A stretch of 64,000 nt of DNA, from the NCBI RefSeq assembly GCF_036321535.1, contig NC_087436.1, positions 54,066,001 through 54,130,000 of the forward strand, in the 5' to 3' direction. Below the pieces are notes generated by a model, which was given only the letters and a program-made list of their open reading frames with translations, did no database searches and was not told where the DNA came from. The stretch comes from Camelus dromedarius (taxonomy: Eukaryota). The position numbers and the translations under genes are program-made. Below, one piece after another: positions 51,688-64,000 of this stretch (position 1 is the stretch's first letter; every line of letters starts with the position of its first letter).

Positions 51688-52627
51688 TGTATTTGTTTCC
51701 TACGGCTGCTGTAACAAATTACCACAAAATGAGTAGCTTAAAACAACTCAGATTTATTATCCTACAGTTCTGGAGGTCAGGAGTCTAAAATGGAGTTCAC
51801 TGGGCTAAAATCGAAGTGTCAGCAGGGTTTCATTCCTTTCTGGAAGCTCTGGAGGAACATTTGTTTCCTTGCCTTTTCTAGCTTCCAAAGGCAGCCCACT
51901 TTCCTGAGCTGTGTTTCCCTTCCAGCCTGCAACCCCAGCTCCTCCTCTCACTCTCCTGCCTATTTCTTTCCCTTATAAGGACCCTCACGATTATACTGGG
52001 CCCACTGGCTTTGTGGGTGTGTATGAATGATTATATGACAATAGCAATTTAGAGGTAATACCTGGCTTGCTGACTTGATAATTATGAACTGTAAATTCCA
52101 ATTAATTTTCATAGGAATTTTTCTTTCTTCTTAAAAAAATTTTTTTTGCAAATCTATTTACTTTTATTCTCAATAAAGTGATTAGCCATGTGTATGATTT
52201 ATGCTAATTTATACATAGTGATGGGAATTAATATCAAAGAAAGGTTTCTGGGGGAACTCCCACTACTTATTTCAGAAGATCTCTGGGGAAGAGACTGACT
52301 TCTCTCAACTTCCCCATCCTTCCTGACGGTAGGCCTGAATAAACACTGGCCAAATTTTCAAAGTAGCTTCTTAAAGATGTCTGACTTTTTAGACAGGGCA
52401 TTCACCTGCTCAGTTTCAGGGTCCAAATCAATATCATAGAAACAGGGCCGAGTAGGGAGTCCAGGCTTGGTGTTCACATGTGTGTATTATTTTAAAATAA
52501 TCCAGGATAATTTTCCCATCTCATGATCCTTAAATTTAATCACATCTGCAAAGTCCCTAATGCCATGTAGGGTAACATATTGACAGATTCCAGGGACTTG
52601 AAATGTGGACATCTCGTGGGTGGAGAG
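51688..52627 (-). mobile_element. MLT1(C/D)-like MaLR LTR split by a 488-bp unrelated insert (52009-52496)
   Basis: Halves ...gggcccactgg and ataatccaggataat... are adjacent in the remembered consensus. Confidence 0.82.
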
Positions 52628-53630
52628 CTTTATTCTGCCTACCTCAGTAGTTAATATCAAATTTATTTTGTTCCATTAAATATATGAAAATTTGAAAAAA
52701 ACCTGTATGTATAGGTGATACATATGTGATATGTATATGTGATTATACTGATAAATTTATTAACTAGTTCTCTAATCATGCTGGAAAATAGACTTTTTAT
52801 TTTATATATGTGTGTAAATCATTTCATAGGTATACATTATTTTCTTTCTAGATCCACTATCCAGATCCACTTTTTATGTCCCTTTTTCCTCCCTAGAACC
52901 TAGTAACACTTCTATATATGGACCCTTTCAATAAACATCATTGATTAAATTGACTCATATTCTTGAAGTAATCATCTCTCGAAACTGGTTTTTATGATGA
53001 ATAAACCAATTCCTGGTTTTCTAGGAACAAAACAATTATAGGAATATTAAAAATTCATCTGGAAATTAATTGGAATTTACACTTTGTAATTATCAAGTCA
53101 GCAAGCCAAGTTTTAATTCTAAATTGCTATTTTCATGTAGTCCTTCATTTTTTCAACAAATACCACCAGCCTAATGTGAGCTAAGATATGAGGATATAAC
53201 AGTGAACAATTATGCCTTGTTCCCTCATTGAGCAGATTTAAGAAAGGACAAACAAGCAAATAAATAACCAAAACATAAAAGATGTGACAAGCACTATGAG
53301 GGAAGCAGATAAGGAGCTGTGACAGACAAAAATGACAGTGGGGAAGTAACTTTACATAACATCGTGTGGGAAGGCCACTGTTAGAATATGATAATTAATC
53401 TGAGACCTGAAGACAAGAAGCAGATCATGCAAAAAGCCAGAGGAGGAGCTCTTCAGGCAGTGGGACCTACAAGTGCAAAGATTCTGAGGCAGGAAAACTG
53501 TGGCTATATTTTAGGAAATGAAAGAAGGCCAGAGTAACTGAAGCCTAGTAAGCCAGGGAGAGTGGCAAAAATGAAGTTGCAAAGGTAGTGAAAAGTCTAG
53601 GACTGTAGAATTTGGGGCTTTAATGGATGC

Positions 53631-53693
53631 AAAAAAAACAAAACAAAACAAAAAAAAACCCAAAAAACAAAAAACAAAAAACAAAAAACAAAA
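53631..53693. repeat. A-rich (AAAAC/AAAAAAC)n simple repeat
   Basis: Read directly from the sequence. Confidence 0.85.
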
Positions 53694-55104
53694 CCCTCTG
53701 TGTTATTCCAGAATTTAAAACCAAGTGGGATATAGGACTTGGGAATCAGATTAGACAGAGATCTTACTGATTCTGCTGATTGGAGAACACAGTCAAAAGG
53801 GCTTCCTAATACTCCTCCCACTGCCATCAGCCTGAATAAATCTGCCTCCCCACTTGTCCCCAGCAGGCTTTCCTCCAAGGGCTGACTAGTTTCTAAAGGG
53901 CAGAGAAGTAAGCCATTCTGAAGGAAGGAACCCAAGAAGTCTCTGAGCCACACGTTCTCAGTTCCCGTTGCCATCTCAGCAGTGAGATAATTCCCTCTTC
54001 CTACTCAGGGGAAGGAACACTAAGGGAGGACAGTAGATGGGGCAGTTGCTGGGAGAGAATGGGAAAATTTCCATGCTTTGCTTCCTGCAGAGTTTTTTCC
54101 TTTCTACGGAATGAGTGGAGGGGAAGGGGGGCATGAATATTACCCTTATAGTTCCATCAGATGGGTCTTACAGGCCATGATACAGAGTTTGAATTTCATT
54201 CTAAATACAAACAACGGTGAAAGGTTTTTAGTAGTGGGGTTTCATATACTGATACACAATTTGGAAAGATCACCCTAGCTGCTGTGGAGACAAGTAGAAA
54301 TAAGAAGAGCATCTAAGAGGCTATCAGTTCCTAGCTGATTTGAGAGATGGTGTGGCTTGCACCAGGGTAACTGTAGTGGAGGAGAAAAGTGAGAGGATTA
54401 GAGGTCTAGAGGTAGAAAGGCTGTACTTGCTGACTAATTAGATTAGGGGAGACTGTCAAGGAGGAATTAAGGCCAGGTAATTAAGGCTAATTAAGGCTGG
54501 GATTTCTGGTTTAAGTGACTGGGTGATGGTGGAGCCATGAATTCAAATGGGGAAAACTGGGAGAGAAATAAGATGGCAACAGAATTATGTTCCTTGGATT
54601 TGGCAAAGAAAAGATTGTCGGTGATTCTGCAAGAGTAATTTTTGTGAACACTGGGAAGTGAAACCAGATTTAGAATCTGAAGAAGGACTGGTAGATAGGT
54701 GATAGCTTGTGTACATTTTTAAAAGAAATTTTACTCTGGAGCAGGGCAGAGAACTGGCATAATAAGGAATGTAAGGGATTTTTAAAGATTTTTTGTTTTT
54801 ACACTGAAGTAAATGGCCCATTGGTGATGCAAAGTTGACAGAATAACTGGAGGTAAAAACCTTCAGAAAGGCAGAGGGGAAGGGGGTCCAGAGCTCTAGT
54901 TGGAAGATGGACTTGAGAGATGGACACCGAAGTGAATCTCTGTAACAGCAGTAAAAATACTGATATAGGTGGGTTGGTAGATTTGATGACAGGAAGATGG
55001 AGAGTCTCCATTGAATAACTTCATTTTATTTATGAAGCATGAAGGTGACATCATTAATGGAGAGTAAGGAGAGGGGCAAGGGAGCTAAGAGGTTTGAGGG
55101 AGAA

Positions 55105-55652
55105 TGTTAGGCAGTTAGATAGAAATGAGCACTGGGTAGGGGGAGAAGAAGGGGAAAGGAACAACCAAGAAAATTACAGTTCATCTGCACTCAGGATAAA
55201 GCACTCCAGAAACTTTTACTTTCTCTAAATGAGGGCCAGCAAAAGAAACCAGCTAAAATCAAAACAATGCAGCTGCGTGTAAGAGAAGGACCCACTGTAA
55301 CTTTGTACCCAATGAACCTGCCCAAAAGGGGGTGGTCGTGCCAGAGCACAAGGAACCTGAGCTGTCAGTCAGCCTGATCCTTCAAGGAACCTGAGCCATC
55401 AATCAATCACTCAATCACAAAAAAACGCCCCTAAGCCAGGATATAAGACAGAGAAACAAAGAAGCGGCGCCATTTTTCCTCTCTTGGATCGACCCGCTCC
55501 CAATTCTCAGGAGTGTACTATATTTTACTGCCTTTTTACTTAACTAATAAAAATCATGCTTGTATCACACTTTCTGTTTCTCGTTAAAAATTCTTTTTTT
55601 TTTCGGGTGACTAAGAACCGAGGTAATTTTTATTTCCCTTTTCCCGGTAACA
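55105..55652 (+). mobile_element. Solo ERV LTR (class I-like), copy B
   Basis: TG...CA termini (tgttagg...ggtaaca), 4-bp TSD agaa/agaa. Interrupts an L2. Confidence 0.92.
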
Positions 55653-56382
55653 AGAAGAGACAGCACGAAGTAGTTGTGTCCAAAATTATGAATGCAAACC
55701 TAATGCAGAAATTAAGTAATATTACTGGGCAGCATTTAATGCCTATGTGAGGTCTGTAATTATCAATGAAAAGTGTAATATATCAGCTTGGTTATTTTCT
55801 TCAATATTTCGTTGTTTAGAGATTCTGATATGGTCAGAGAATGGTTGCAGAGCAGTTAATAACACATGTGAGCTAAAAGGATAAGATATTTTACATTTAT
55901 ATTTCAAAGGTGATACAGTTTATAAGTTCTAAGGTACACCCATGAGAACAGGTGGCTGAAGAGGAGTAGAGGAAAAGTTAAGAAGTCAAGGAACTGAGAG
56001 GAAAGTTATAAGGCTGAGTCATCCACATGGATGGTGAAATCACAGAACATACTGACAAAAATAGGAGTGGAGGGTGAGCCAGGGGGTAGGTTATCTACCA
56101 GTGAAGAGGAATGGCCAAGAGATCAGCAGATGGCAGCAACATGATTTAGACAAGGACATAGCCAGATGGCATGAGCTTCAGGAGAACAGAGGTCTCTGCA
56201 GGAGGACACTGGGGAAAGGAGAAGACCTAATCTGTCTGTTGGCTCTGTAGTAGGTGGAGTGTGAGAAGAAAAACAGATATCACTTGAGAGGGCTGTAGGG
56301 TAAATGTCCTCACTGGAAAGTCAGTTTTTAGTCAAAAGGTGGAAAGGAACGTTTCCAGAAGATTGAGAATGTAACAGAAGGT

Positions 56383-56920
56383 TTTGTTATCAATTGCTGC
56401 TTCACAAATCACACCAAAACCAGTGGCTTAAAATAGCAATTTTGTTATCTCTCAAGATACATCAGGTTGACTGGGCTCAGCTGGGTGATTCTTCTGATTC
56501 ACACGATGTCATATGGGGCTAAAGTCACTGGGGGCTTTGGGCTAGAAAATCCAATTGGCTCATTCACGTATCTGTTGTCTTAGGAGAGATGACTGGAGAG
56601 CTGGGCTTAACTGGGATGCCAGGGTGTCTGTCTGTCTGTCTGTCTCTTTCTCTTGCCTCAGAGTCTCTCCCTCTCCACAGGAACTTTCCAGGAGTGTAGC
56701 TGGACTTCTAACATGGCAGCTTGGGCCCCCCAAAAGCACAGAAGTGGAATCTGCCAGACCTTGAGGCTTACACCCAGAACAGACACATCATCACTTCTGC
56801 CACATTCTATTGATTAAAGTGAATCACAGAGCCAGTCCAGCTTCAAGGGAGGGGGCTCACAATGATGTCAATACCAGGGTTGTGATCTACTGGTAGCCAT
56901 CAATGGAGAGTAGCTACCAT
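56383..56920 (-). mobile_element. MLT1(H-J)-like MaLR LTR
   Basis: cagtggcttaaaa...gttgactgggctcagctggg...catcacttctgccacattctattg. Confidence 0.75.
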
Positions 56921-57120
56921 AAGAAGTTTGTTGATTCACACTCAAACTGAGGGCAGGGTGGAAAGGTTGAGATGGGAGTGGGATTTCGTCAGATTAGAAG
57001 ATTACAGAGCAGTATTGGAATGAAAGAGCAGGCCGCAATGGATGGCAGAGGGACTTGTACTTCCAAAGATGACTGAAATAAACAGGAATTTGAGGCATAA
57101 TGGGACTGGTTCTACTAAAG

Positions 57121-58880
57121 CAGTGATCTCCAAATTTCTTTTTGACTATGCACCCCTAATTAAAATTTTTTGAACATTTCAATATATTATAAATACATAA
57201 TTATCAATTATATTACAGAATTAATTACATAATTATTATAATTATATAATTATTATATATTTAATAATGTTCTACTGTAATGTGTACTTTATAGAACAAA
57301 CTTAAAATAGAAATTAAGAATGATTAGATAAAAAGATTAAATAATAGTTTTCACATTATTTTATTCTATTTATCAGTGATTCAACAGCCTCTTTGCCCTT
57401 TCTGGTGAGAGCAATCTGGTTGACAATTCCTCATCAATTAAAAAAAATCTTACAAAACAGAAACAGACTCGCAGACATAGTAAATAATCTTATGGTTACC
57501 AAGGAAAAGGGGTGGGAAGGGATAAATTTGGGAATCTCAAGATTTGCAAATGTTAGCCATAAAAACAGATAAAAGAACCAAATTTCTTCTGTATAGCACA
57601 GGGAACTATATTCAATATCTTGTAATAACCTTTAATGAAAAAGAATATGAAAATGAATATATGTATGTATATGCATGACTGGGACATTGTGCTGTACCCT
57701 AGAAATTGACACATTGTAACTGTACTTCAATTTTAAAAAATTTAAAAAAATAAAAAAGCTCCAAAAAAACTGAGACCCACCCCCCACCAAAAAAAAAAAT
57801 CTTGTTTCAATACCTTTTGATATAGTGGCTCAAATGGTTCTAAGTTCAGTTTACTCCCATGTTGGTTTTAATGGCTATTTTAGCTGAAAGAGCTTTCTCA
57901 CAAAAATACGTACAGCCAGGTGGAAGCAGTGCACCATTAACTGTGCCCGATAAATCATGATGCTCATTTTTCCATCCTATCCCCAATTATGCAAAGGGTT
58001 TTGTTGAAATTCAGCTAGCAACATATATCACCCCCAATATCAGTCAGGTGTTCTCACAAACTAATCAGGAGTTATTGCATTTTTATATTTTTAAGAAATA
58101 GGTTCAAAACTCACTGAAACTACTCATTTGGAAGACTTTTAAAAAACAGTCTTTAAAGCTCGATTTCCAAGTTTTTAAGTGTGCAGATATTAAGAGTTTT
58201 ACATTTAAATTGTTTTCAGCAACAAAATTGCATGACAATGGAACATTTCCAAGTATCTATTTTAAAAAATGCTCTCTCCTTAGCACAAATGTCTTTTGAG
58301 CAGCAGTAACTTTCTCCTCCGTTATTGAAAATGTCACCTTTACCTTGAAGAAACTGATTAAGAGTATTATTCTTTCAAAAGTATCTGACTGTCACTTGTA
58401 TTCATAGTAAAGGTTAATAAATTCACACACTTGTGAAGTTTGTTTACAGGTAAGTGTTATTCAGCTTTTAGTTGGGACAATCCTTTCTACAAGAAAGCCA
58501 GTAAACTGGTTACTACATGGTTAAAAGATTTTCATGGTCAGCCCTTGCTTATTACAAAGGCTCCACTATTATTTTAAAGGCCTTATTTTATAAAAAATTA
58601 ATCACACTGACAACGTTCTGTGTAGCACATAAACCACGGTACAGTAGCATTCATTGAAAGGAAATCAATTTATAGCACCTTGATGCCAGCCCCTACTGGG
58701 CCTACTTATATGCTATTTGACTTGTGGAGCCAGTGAGGACAGGAGTGTCCATCAGTATATTAAGTATTAGAAAAGCATAAATCCCTTCATATTTTTTAGA
58801 TACAAAATAAATGTAAGTGTCAAGTCTAATATTTTATTCTTGCTCCCTATTGTTTTGCTCATCCCACTTTGGAAACCATA
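57121..58880 (-). mobile_element. Charlie-type hAT transposon remnant (transposase on minus strand), interrupted by an L1 3' end
   Basis: TIR-like ends cagtgatctccaaa / tttggaaacca. Minus-strand peptide ALLPPGCTYFCEKALSAKIAIK (~57865-57935) resembles the hAT C-terminal dimerisation motif. Confidence 0.75.
57452..57791 (+). mobile_element. LINE-1 3'UTR fragment with extended tail
   Basis: acaaaacagaaacagactc...gtacttcaat. TSD aaaaaaaatctt on both sides. Confidence 0.88.
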
Positions 58881-59619
58881 TTCTTTGAGTAGGATGAAGA
58901 GGAGGGACATTTGGTTTTAGCAACATGGTCCTAAGTAAAACAGTAAAACTGACTTTGAGGTGACTGCTCCTTCTGAATGTAATAGAGGCTTTGTGCTAAA
59001 AAGTCTCACTGCAGTACAATTATTAAGCACCAACTATATGCAAACAATGGCTATAACAATGACTTACACACTGGAAGACAGGTGATCCAACTTTTGGTCC
59101 TCAGGTACATGTTATATGCACTTATAAATTCACTCACTCACTTAATATTTTTTCCATAACTTTAGGCATATATTTTAGAAGTGAGATAATAGTGATATGA
59201 GTTTCAAGGATTTATCAAAGATTACACTTACAATGGGTGGTGAAGATTAAACTATTGCCCATGTTTTCTACCTAAAGATGCTTCTTTTAAGAAGCTCTTC
59301 AGTTACTGAGATGGAATTTAATCAGGCATAAAATGCCAAAAACAAGAACAAAACACAAAAGTCCTCCCCCTAGAAAAGGAATATAGGACTTGTGCTGTCA
59401 GGAAAAGCATGAACACCCAGTTGCCAAAGTCAGGTAACAGAGTGTGCTGAGTTCAGAAATGACTGGTGGGTGGTCTGCAGCAGCAGAGGAATCAGTCAAA
59501 GGAAGGAAGTTGTTGGAAACACTTGTCTTCTTAGAACAAATAAGCACATTGGACTAGTGGCTCACAGGCAGATCCTAGAATTTCTTTAAACAGTAACATA
59601 GGAAAAGGATATCTTGTTG

Positions 59620-60780
59620 ATTGTTTGGGAACAATTATAAAATAGACATTGGATGTAGGAGTCTAGAATTCAGTAGAGAAGTTCATGCTCTGCTTTTCCT
59701 CTTAACTCAGAGCTCCTCTGCCCACGTCTCAATATCGGTGGGCCCTCTTCTCTCCCCTTCTCTTCTCTACACTCTCTCCCCAAATGTCTTCATTTTAGTC
59801 CCAAGGCTATATGTCATCTCTAATCTTGACAGAGAGTTCCAGATATGTATAGCCAGCTGCCTTACTATGATACTTCCTCTTACTTGTCTCATAAACATTT
59901 CAAATTTGATATGGAAAAAAAAGAAACTTAAATCATCCTTTCATCCCCAATGTGTCTCTTTCCTAGTCTTCACCATCTCATTTTGTTTAAACCAAAAACC
60001 TAGAACTCATTGTTTACTCTTCCCTTCTATTCTCTGTTCCTTCCTACCTGCTCCTCCTCCACCATCCAAACCATCTGATTCTTCTTTCTTGCAAAATATA
60101 TTTCACATCCGTCTACTTTTATCTCTATTACAAGACATGGTCCAAACCACCATCTTCTAGTGCCTAGATTTCTTTAAGGGCCTCCTACTTTTTCTCTCGC
60201 CCCCTTACAATCTAATCTCCACACAGCAGCTGGAGTTACCAGTATAAAATGTAAATCAGATCCATCACTCTCCTGCTAAAACCTCCTCAAAACTTCCTAC
60301 CTCGCTTAGAAGAAAGTCCAAACTCCTTACCCTGTGTTACAAGGCCTCATGCAATCCATCCTGCTTGCATCTTTGTCATAATTTTAAACCCTTTCCCCCC
60401 TTACATTACCTTTCTTTCTGTTTCCTGAAAATGCCAAGTTCATTCCTGCCTCAGAGCCATTGAACCAGCTATTCCCCCAGCCAGGAATGCTCTTTCCTCA
60501 GATATTTCTATAACAGCTTCCTTCTTGTCATTCAGGTCACAGCTCAAATATCTCATAGGAACTCGGTTGCCTCACTTCTATAATGTACACAAACCAACAA
60601 ATCTAAAGGAATCAGCTGTTCCATCACATCCCTCTTTTTTTCTGTATAGCCTTATTATTACCTGATATTTTCTTGTTTTATTTATTTGTTTTCTCCCTAT
60701 ACTAGAATGTAACTATAGTAAGAACAAGAATTTTTGTGTTTCCTGTAATCTGGCACTGTGAGAACAGTGTCTGGCATGAT
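59620..60780 (+). mobile_element. Decayed L2 LINE
   Basis: gtccaaaccaccatc...ctccacacagcagc...aaagtccaaactcctta...actagaatgtaa...agtgtctggca motif order. Confidence 0.75.
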
Positions 60781-61699
60781 TTTCTTTTCAGCATCAATTG
60801 CATGCTCTAATTTAGTGCATTGGAAGAAAGAGCTTTAAAGATAGAATATCACAAGCCTCATTAAAAGTGTCTCATATCTAATGCTGTTTAATGGGAGGAG
60901 GGTCATATGCAACCACAGTTGTTTAGTAGTGGGAAGGATGTCTAATGGAACAACTGTTTTCAAAAGAATCTTGAAAGCTTTAGACTTCTGATTCAGGGAA
61001 GGAGTGAATAGGCTCAAGGAGCTCTTCTGAGCGTGTGCTATGCTGGTGACAGTGATAGGATTATATAGGAGATAAGACTGTGGAAGAGAGCCAGCTCATT
61101 TGTTCAGCTGATGATACCATGAGGGGTTAGGAGAATAGAACCTAGAGGTAATATTAAAATAGAAATTATAGGAGAAATACAAGTTACAGATGGCTAGAAT
61201 CCAAGTCAGTTGCATAAACAGAGATCAGTTACTGTAAAACATGTTTCTTGCCTTCAAGGAAATTTACAATACAAAAGTGGAAGTGAATATAAACACAGTT
61301 AATGGAATCCAAAATTCTTCTTAACTAGCCTCATGCACACCTTCAAGCAATGCCACTCTGTTTTAGCCCTTAAATAAATCCAACTGTGAGAGAGTTGCTT
61401 AGAAATAGACTTACTAAAGATTTAACGAGAAAACAGGGAGGAGTCATATGGCAAAACAGCCTAAAACTCTGCTCTTTCTTATAATTGCCTTATTCCTGCC
61501 TCAGAATCTCCTCAACAGTCTTTCTAATCACCTTGCTTAGTTTTCTTTTCCCTCTTCCCCCTTCTCTAGCCAGCATGCATAGTATACTCAGTAAACCAAA
61601 ATCTAATTGTCAGCCAGACTATGACCATCTATTATTTCTCAAGTGAATTTAGGATGGTCGGCGTAGGGGTGTGGGTGGGGAGAATGACTCATCTCTTAT

Positions 61700-62560
61700 G
61701 CCGTAGGTATGTCTGGAAAATGGAAAATAACCCAATTTTGTTAGAGTTTAAGTATCACAATGGGATTTAGTTGGAAATAAATCTTAAAAGGTAGCTCAGG
61801 GTATGATTAGCCTTGAATGCCACCCCAAACATATTTACTTTGTAGGTCAATAGGAAATCTTGAAGATTTTTGAACAGAGATGTTTCATAATCAGATTTGT
61901 ATTATAACAAGATAGGCCTGGGAGCAATATGAGGGATGAATTAGAGCTATAGTCAACCAAAGATAGGAACATAGTTTGCAACAATTTTAAAGTTATTCAA
62001 TGATGAGGTTATAAAATAGTGTAGTGAAAATGACATGAGAAGACAATTTCTAAATACATTTTAAATTCCAGAGTCTTCAGAATTTTAAGTTTGGTTAGCT
62101 GTAGATGGTTGAGAGGGTTCTCTTTTTTCTAGCTTTGGCAACCAGTAGGAGAGTGATGCAATTAACTGAGGTTGGAAGTGTAAACAATGACTAGCTGCTC
62201 TATTTTTGTGTGTATTTTATGATTTGTTTTTGTGTGCAGAGATAATGATTTAGATGTCAAACCAGACAAGTGTGAGTAGGGAAGCAACACACCCACATGA
62301 GGATGAACAGCATTTGAAAATGCAGGTGTGAGGTTTAATGGAAAGGTCAAAGCAAGAGGAAATTAGCTGTACAGAATGATGATGAAAGCTATGGAAGCAG
62401 ATAAATGATGAATGAGCAAGTGTGAAGCTGGGAGAAAATAGATGTCAGAAGGAGAAGGATGGTCGATAAAAAGGAAACCATTATTTCTGAGAAAGTGAGA
62501 ACAGCGTGAGAATTTAGGAAAAAGAATTAGGATATATGATGTACAAGTGGTTGTGGAATT
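61700..62560 (-). mobile_element. Decayed L2 fragment
   Basis: gccttgaatgcc...gaagatttttgaacagag...gatgaaagctatggaagcagat. Confidence 0.55.
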
Positions 62561-62761
62561 CTGATATACCATAGATTTTTAGTCACAAAGTTTAATTATG
62601 ATAAACTGTTCATAGTTATAATCCCTATTACAATGAAGTGGGGACAGGAGTGAAAAGTGGGGCAAAGAGGAAGAAGCTTCAGCTCTAATGTTGGGATAGA
62701 AAGAATTCCCATTTTCAAGGTCCTCTTTGAACAAGTCTAGAAATCTAAGTTAGACTTCTCT

Positions 62762-62880
62762 GAGGGGGACTGTATAGCTCAAACGGTAGAGCACCTGCTT
62801 AGCATGCACGAGGTCCTAGATTCAAGCCCTGATACCTCCATTAAAAATAAATAAACCTAATTACCTTCCCCCTACTAAAA
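62762..62880 (+). mobile_element. tRNA-derived SINE (camelid Vic-1-like)
   Basis: Same body and tail as the other copies. No TSD identified. Confidence 0.85.
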
Positions 62881-63649
62881 CAATTTTGTATTAATCCATA
62901 ATTTGCTTACATGCCATTATTAATCATTATAATTAAAATGGGCTCTAAACTCTCAAGATGAGTTACTATTACTTTCTCACATTTAGTCAACATTTCCCTG
63001 TGTGCTTTATTCAATTAGGCTCTCTCCTTTAGTCACAGTTAAAAATACAATGTATATTCATTCATTCACTCATTGACATCTCATTGAGTGCCATGTGTCA
63101 AGCAGAATGCAAAGTGCTGGGAATACAAAGATAACCCTTGAAATGCTCTCTGTCAAGGGATATTAGAGCTTCGAGAGGGAGGGGTGGTCAGCAGTATCAA
63201 ATATGGCACAAAGGTCAATCCTGAGACGGGAGCAGAGGCTACTGGATTTAGCAGTAAAAAAATCATAGAGAGAGCCGTTTTAGTAGTGTGTCAGTGTAAA
63301 TGTACATACTCTTGAATTCTTCAAACTCCTACCTATGTTACCATGCTCAGATTCCCAACAATATAGCCCAAGGGCACAGTCTTTGTTTCTCAACAGAGGT
63401 TATATGATGAACTCTAATTTCCGGGTGGTCTGGACCTCAGAACTGTGTACCAGCCGGGATTCTTAGTTCTAAGCGATAATACCAGCTCTGCTAGACATCA
63501 GCAGAAAAGGATTTTAGTAAAGGGTATCGGATACCTCTCAAAATCTCTGGAAAGAAAGGAGAATCCGTTTCGGAAGCTACACAAATAGGAACCAAGTCAG
63601 AAGCCTGAAGCCAATCGAGTCCTATAAAGACACACTGCCTAGACACTGC

Positions 63650-64000
63650 ATTTTTTAAAGACTATTTTTTAGAGCAGTTTTAGGTTTACAATAAAATTGA
63701 GAAGATATAGAGATTTCTCATGCTACCCCCTTCCCCACACATGCATAGCCTCCCCTGCTATCAACATCACTCACCAGAATAAGTCTTTTTTTTTTTTTAA
63801 ACCAAGGATGAATCTACATTGTCATATCATAATCACCCAAAGTCCATAGTTTAACTTTGGGTTCACACTCGGTGTTGTACATTCTGTGAATTTGGACCAA
63901 TGTATCATGTATGTGTAATGACAAATATTCATCATTATGAAGCCATAAAGAGTATTTTCACTACCCTAAAAATCCTCTGTGCTCTGAGTATTCATCTTTG
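63650..64000 (-). mobile_element. L1MC-like 3' end (runs off window)
   Basis: ttttttagagcagttttaggtttaca...catgcatagcctcccc...aatcacccaaagtccatagtt. Confidence 0.8.

Larger units (their letters stand above)
53144..57100 (-). mobile_element. Long decayed L2 LINE, interrupted by an unknown insert, a solo LTR and an MLT1
   Basis: L2 3'-end motif ttcattt..caacaaata, followed by typical purine-rich antisense L2 sequence. Confidence 0.7.

Noticed and set aside
45752..55652. The two similar LTRs as the ends of one ~9.9 kb provirus
   Set aside because: No PBS or gag/pol/env is recognisable between them, the interior is old L2/MIR/MLT DNA, and copy B has its own TSD inside an L2.
59621..60160. 179-aa hydrophobic ORF
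   Set aside because: It lies in decayed, pyrimidine-rich L2 sequence, has a non-ATG start and shows no recognisable homology.
44931..64000. Coding exons of a neighbouring gene upstream of RAP1GDS1
   Set aside because: I found no exon with a recognisable protein sequence; the region is mostly repeats.
1..64000. CRISPR array, prokaryotic operon or mitochondrial insertion
   Set aside because: No regularly spaced repeat-spacer array, gene-dense segment or mtDNA-like sequence was seen.

Overview
Mammalian genomic DNA, most likely camelid: it has four tRNA-derived Vic-1-like SINEs, and I saw no Alu, Bov-tA or PRE-1 elements. The window holds the 5' end of RAP1GDS1 (SmgGDS) on the minus strand. 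This comprises a CpG-island promoter and exon 1 (coding part only ATGG, 43509-43512), a ~26.3 kb intron 1, and exon 2 (17138-17245/17248, MDNLSDTLKKLKITAVDRTDDSLEGCLDCLLQALAQS) with a NAGNAG acceptor. Intron 2 runs off the left edge. The rest is intronic or upstream DNA dense in transposon relics: 5'-truncated L1s with target-site duplications (TSDs), old L2/MIR/HAL1-type LINE remnants, MaLR and ERV solo LTRs, and several hAT DNA transposons, including a near full-length Cheshire-like copy. I found no novel multi-gene system. The best leads are a candidate frame-preserving 156-nt cassette exon and a candidate 45-nt poison exon in intron 2. Others are two unexplained ~0.5 kb inserts that split old repeats, a tailless U6 retrocopy, PBX/MEIS motifs in twin solo LTRs upstream of the promoter, and tandem hAT elements sharing one target site. 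Repeat family names and orthologue comparisons are from memory of consensus sequences, not from database searches, and boundaries of old repeats are approximate.
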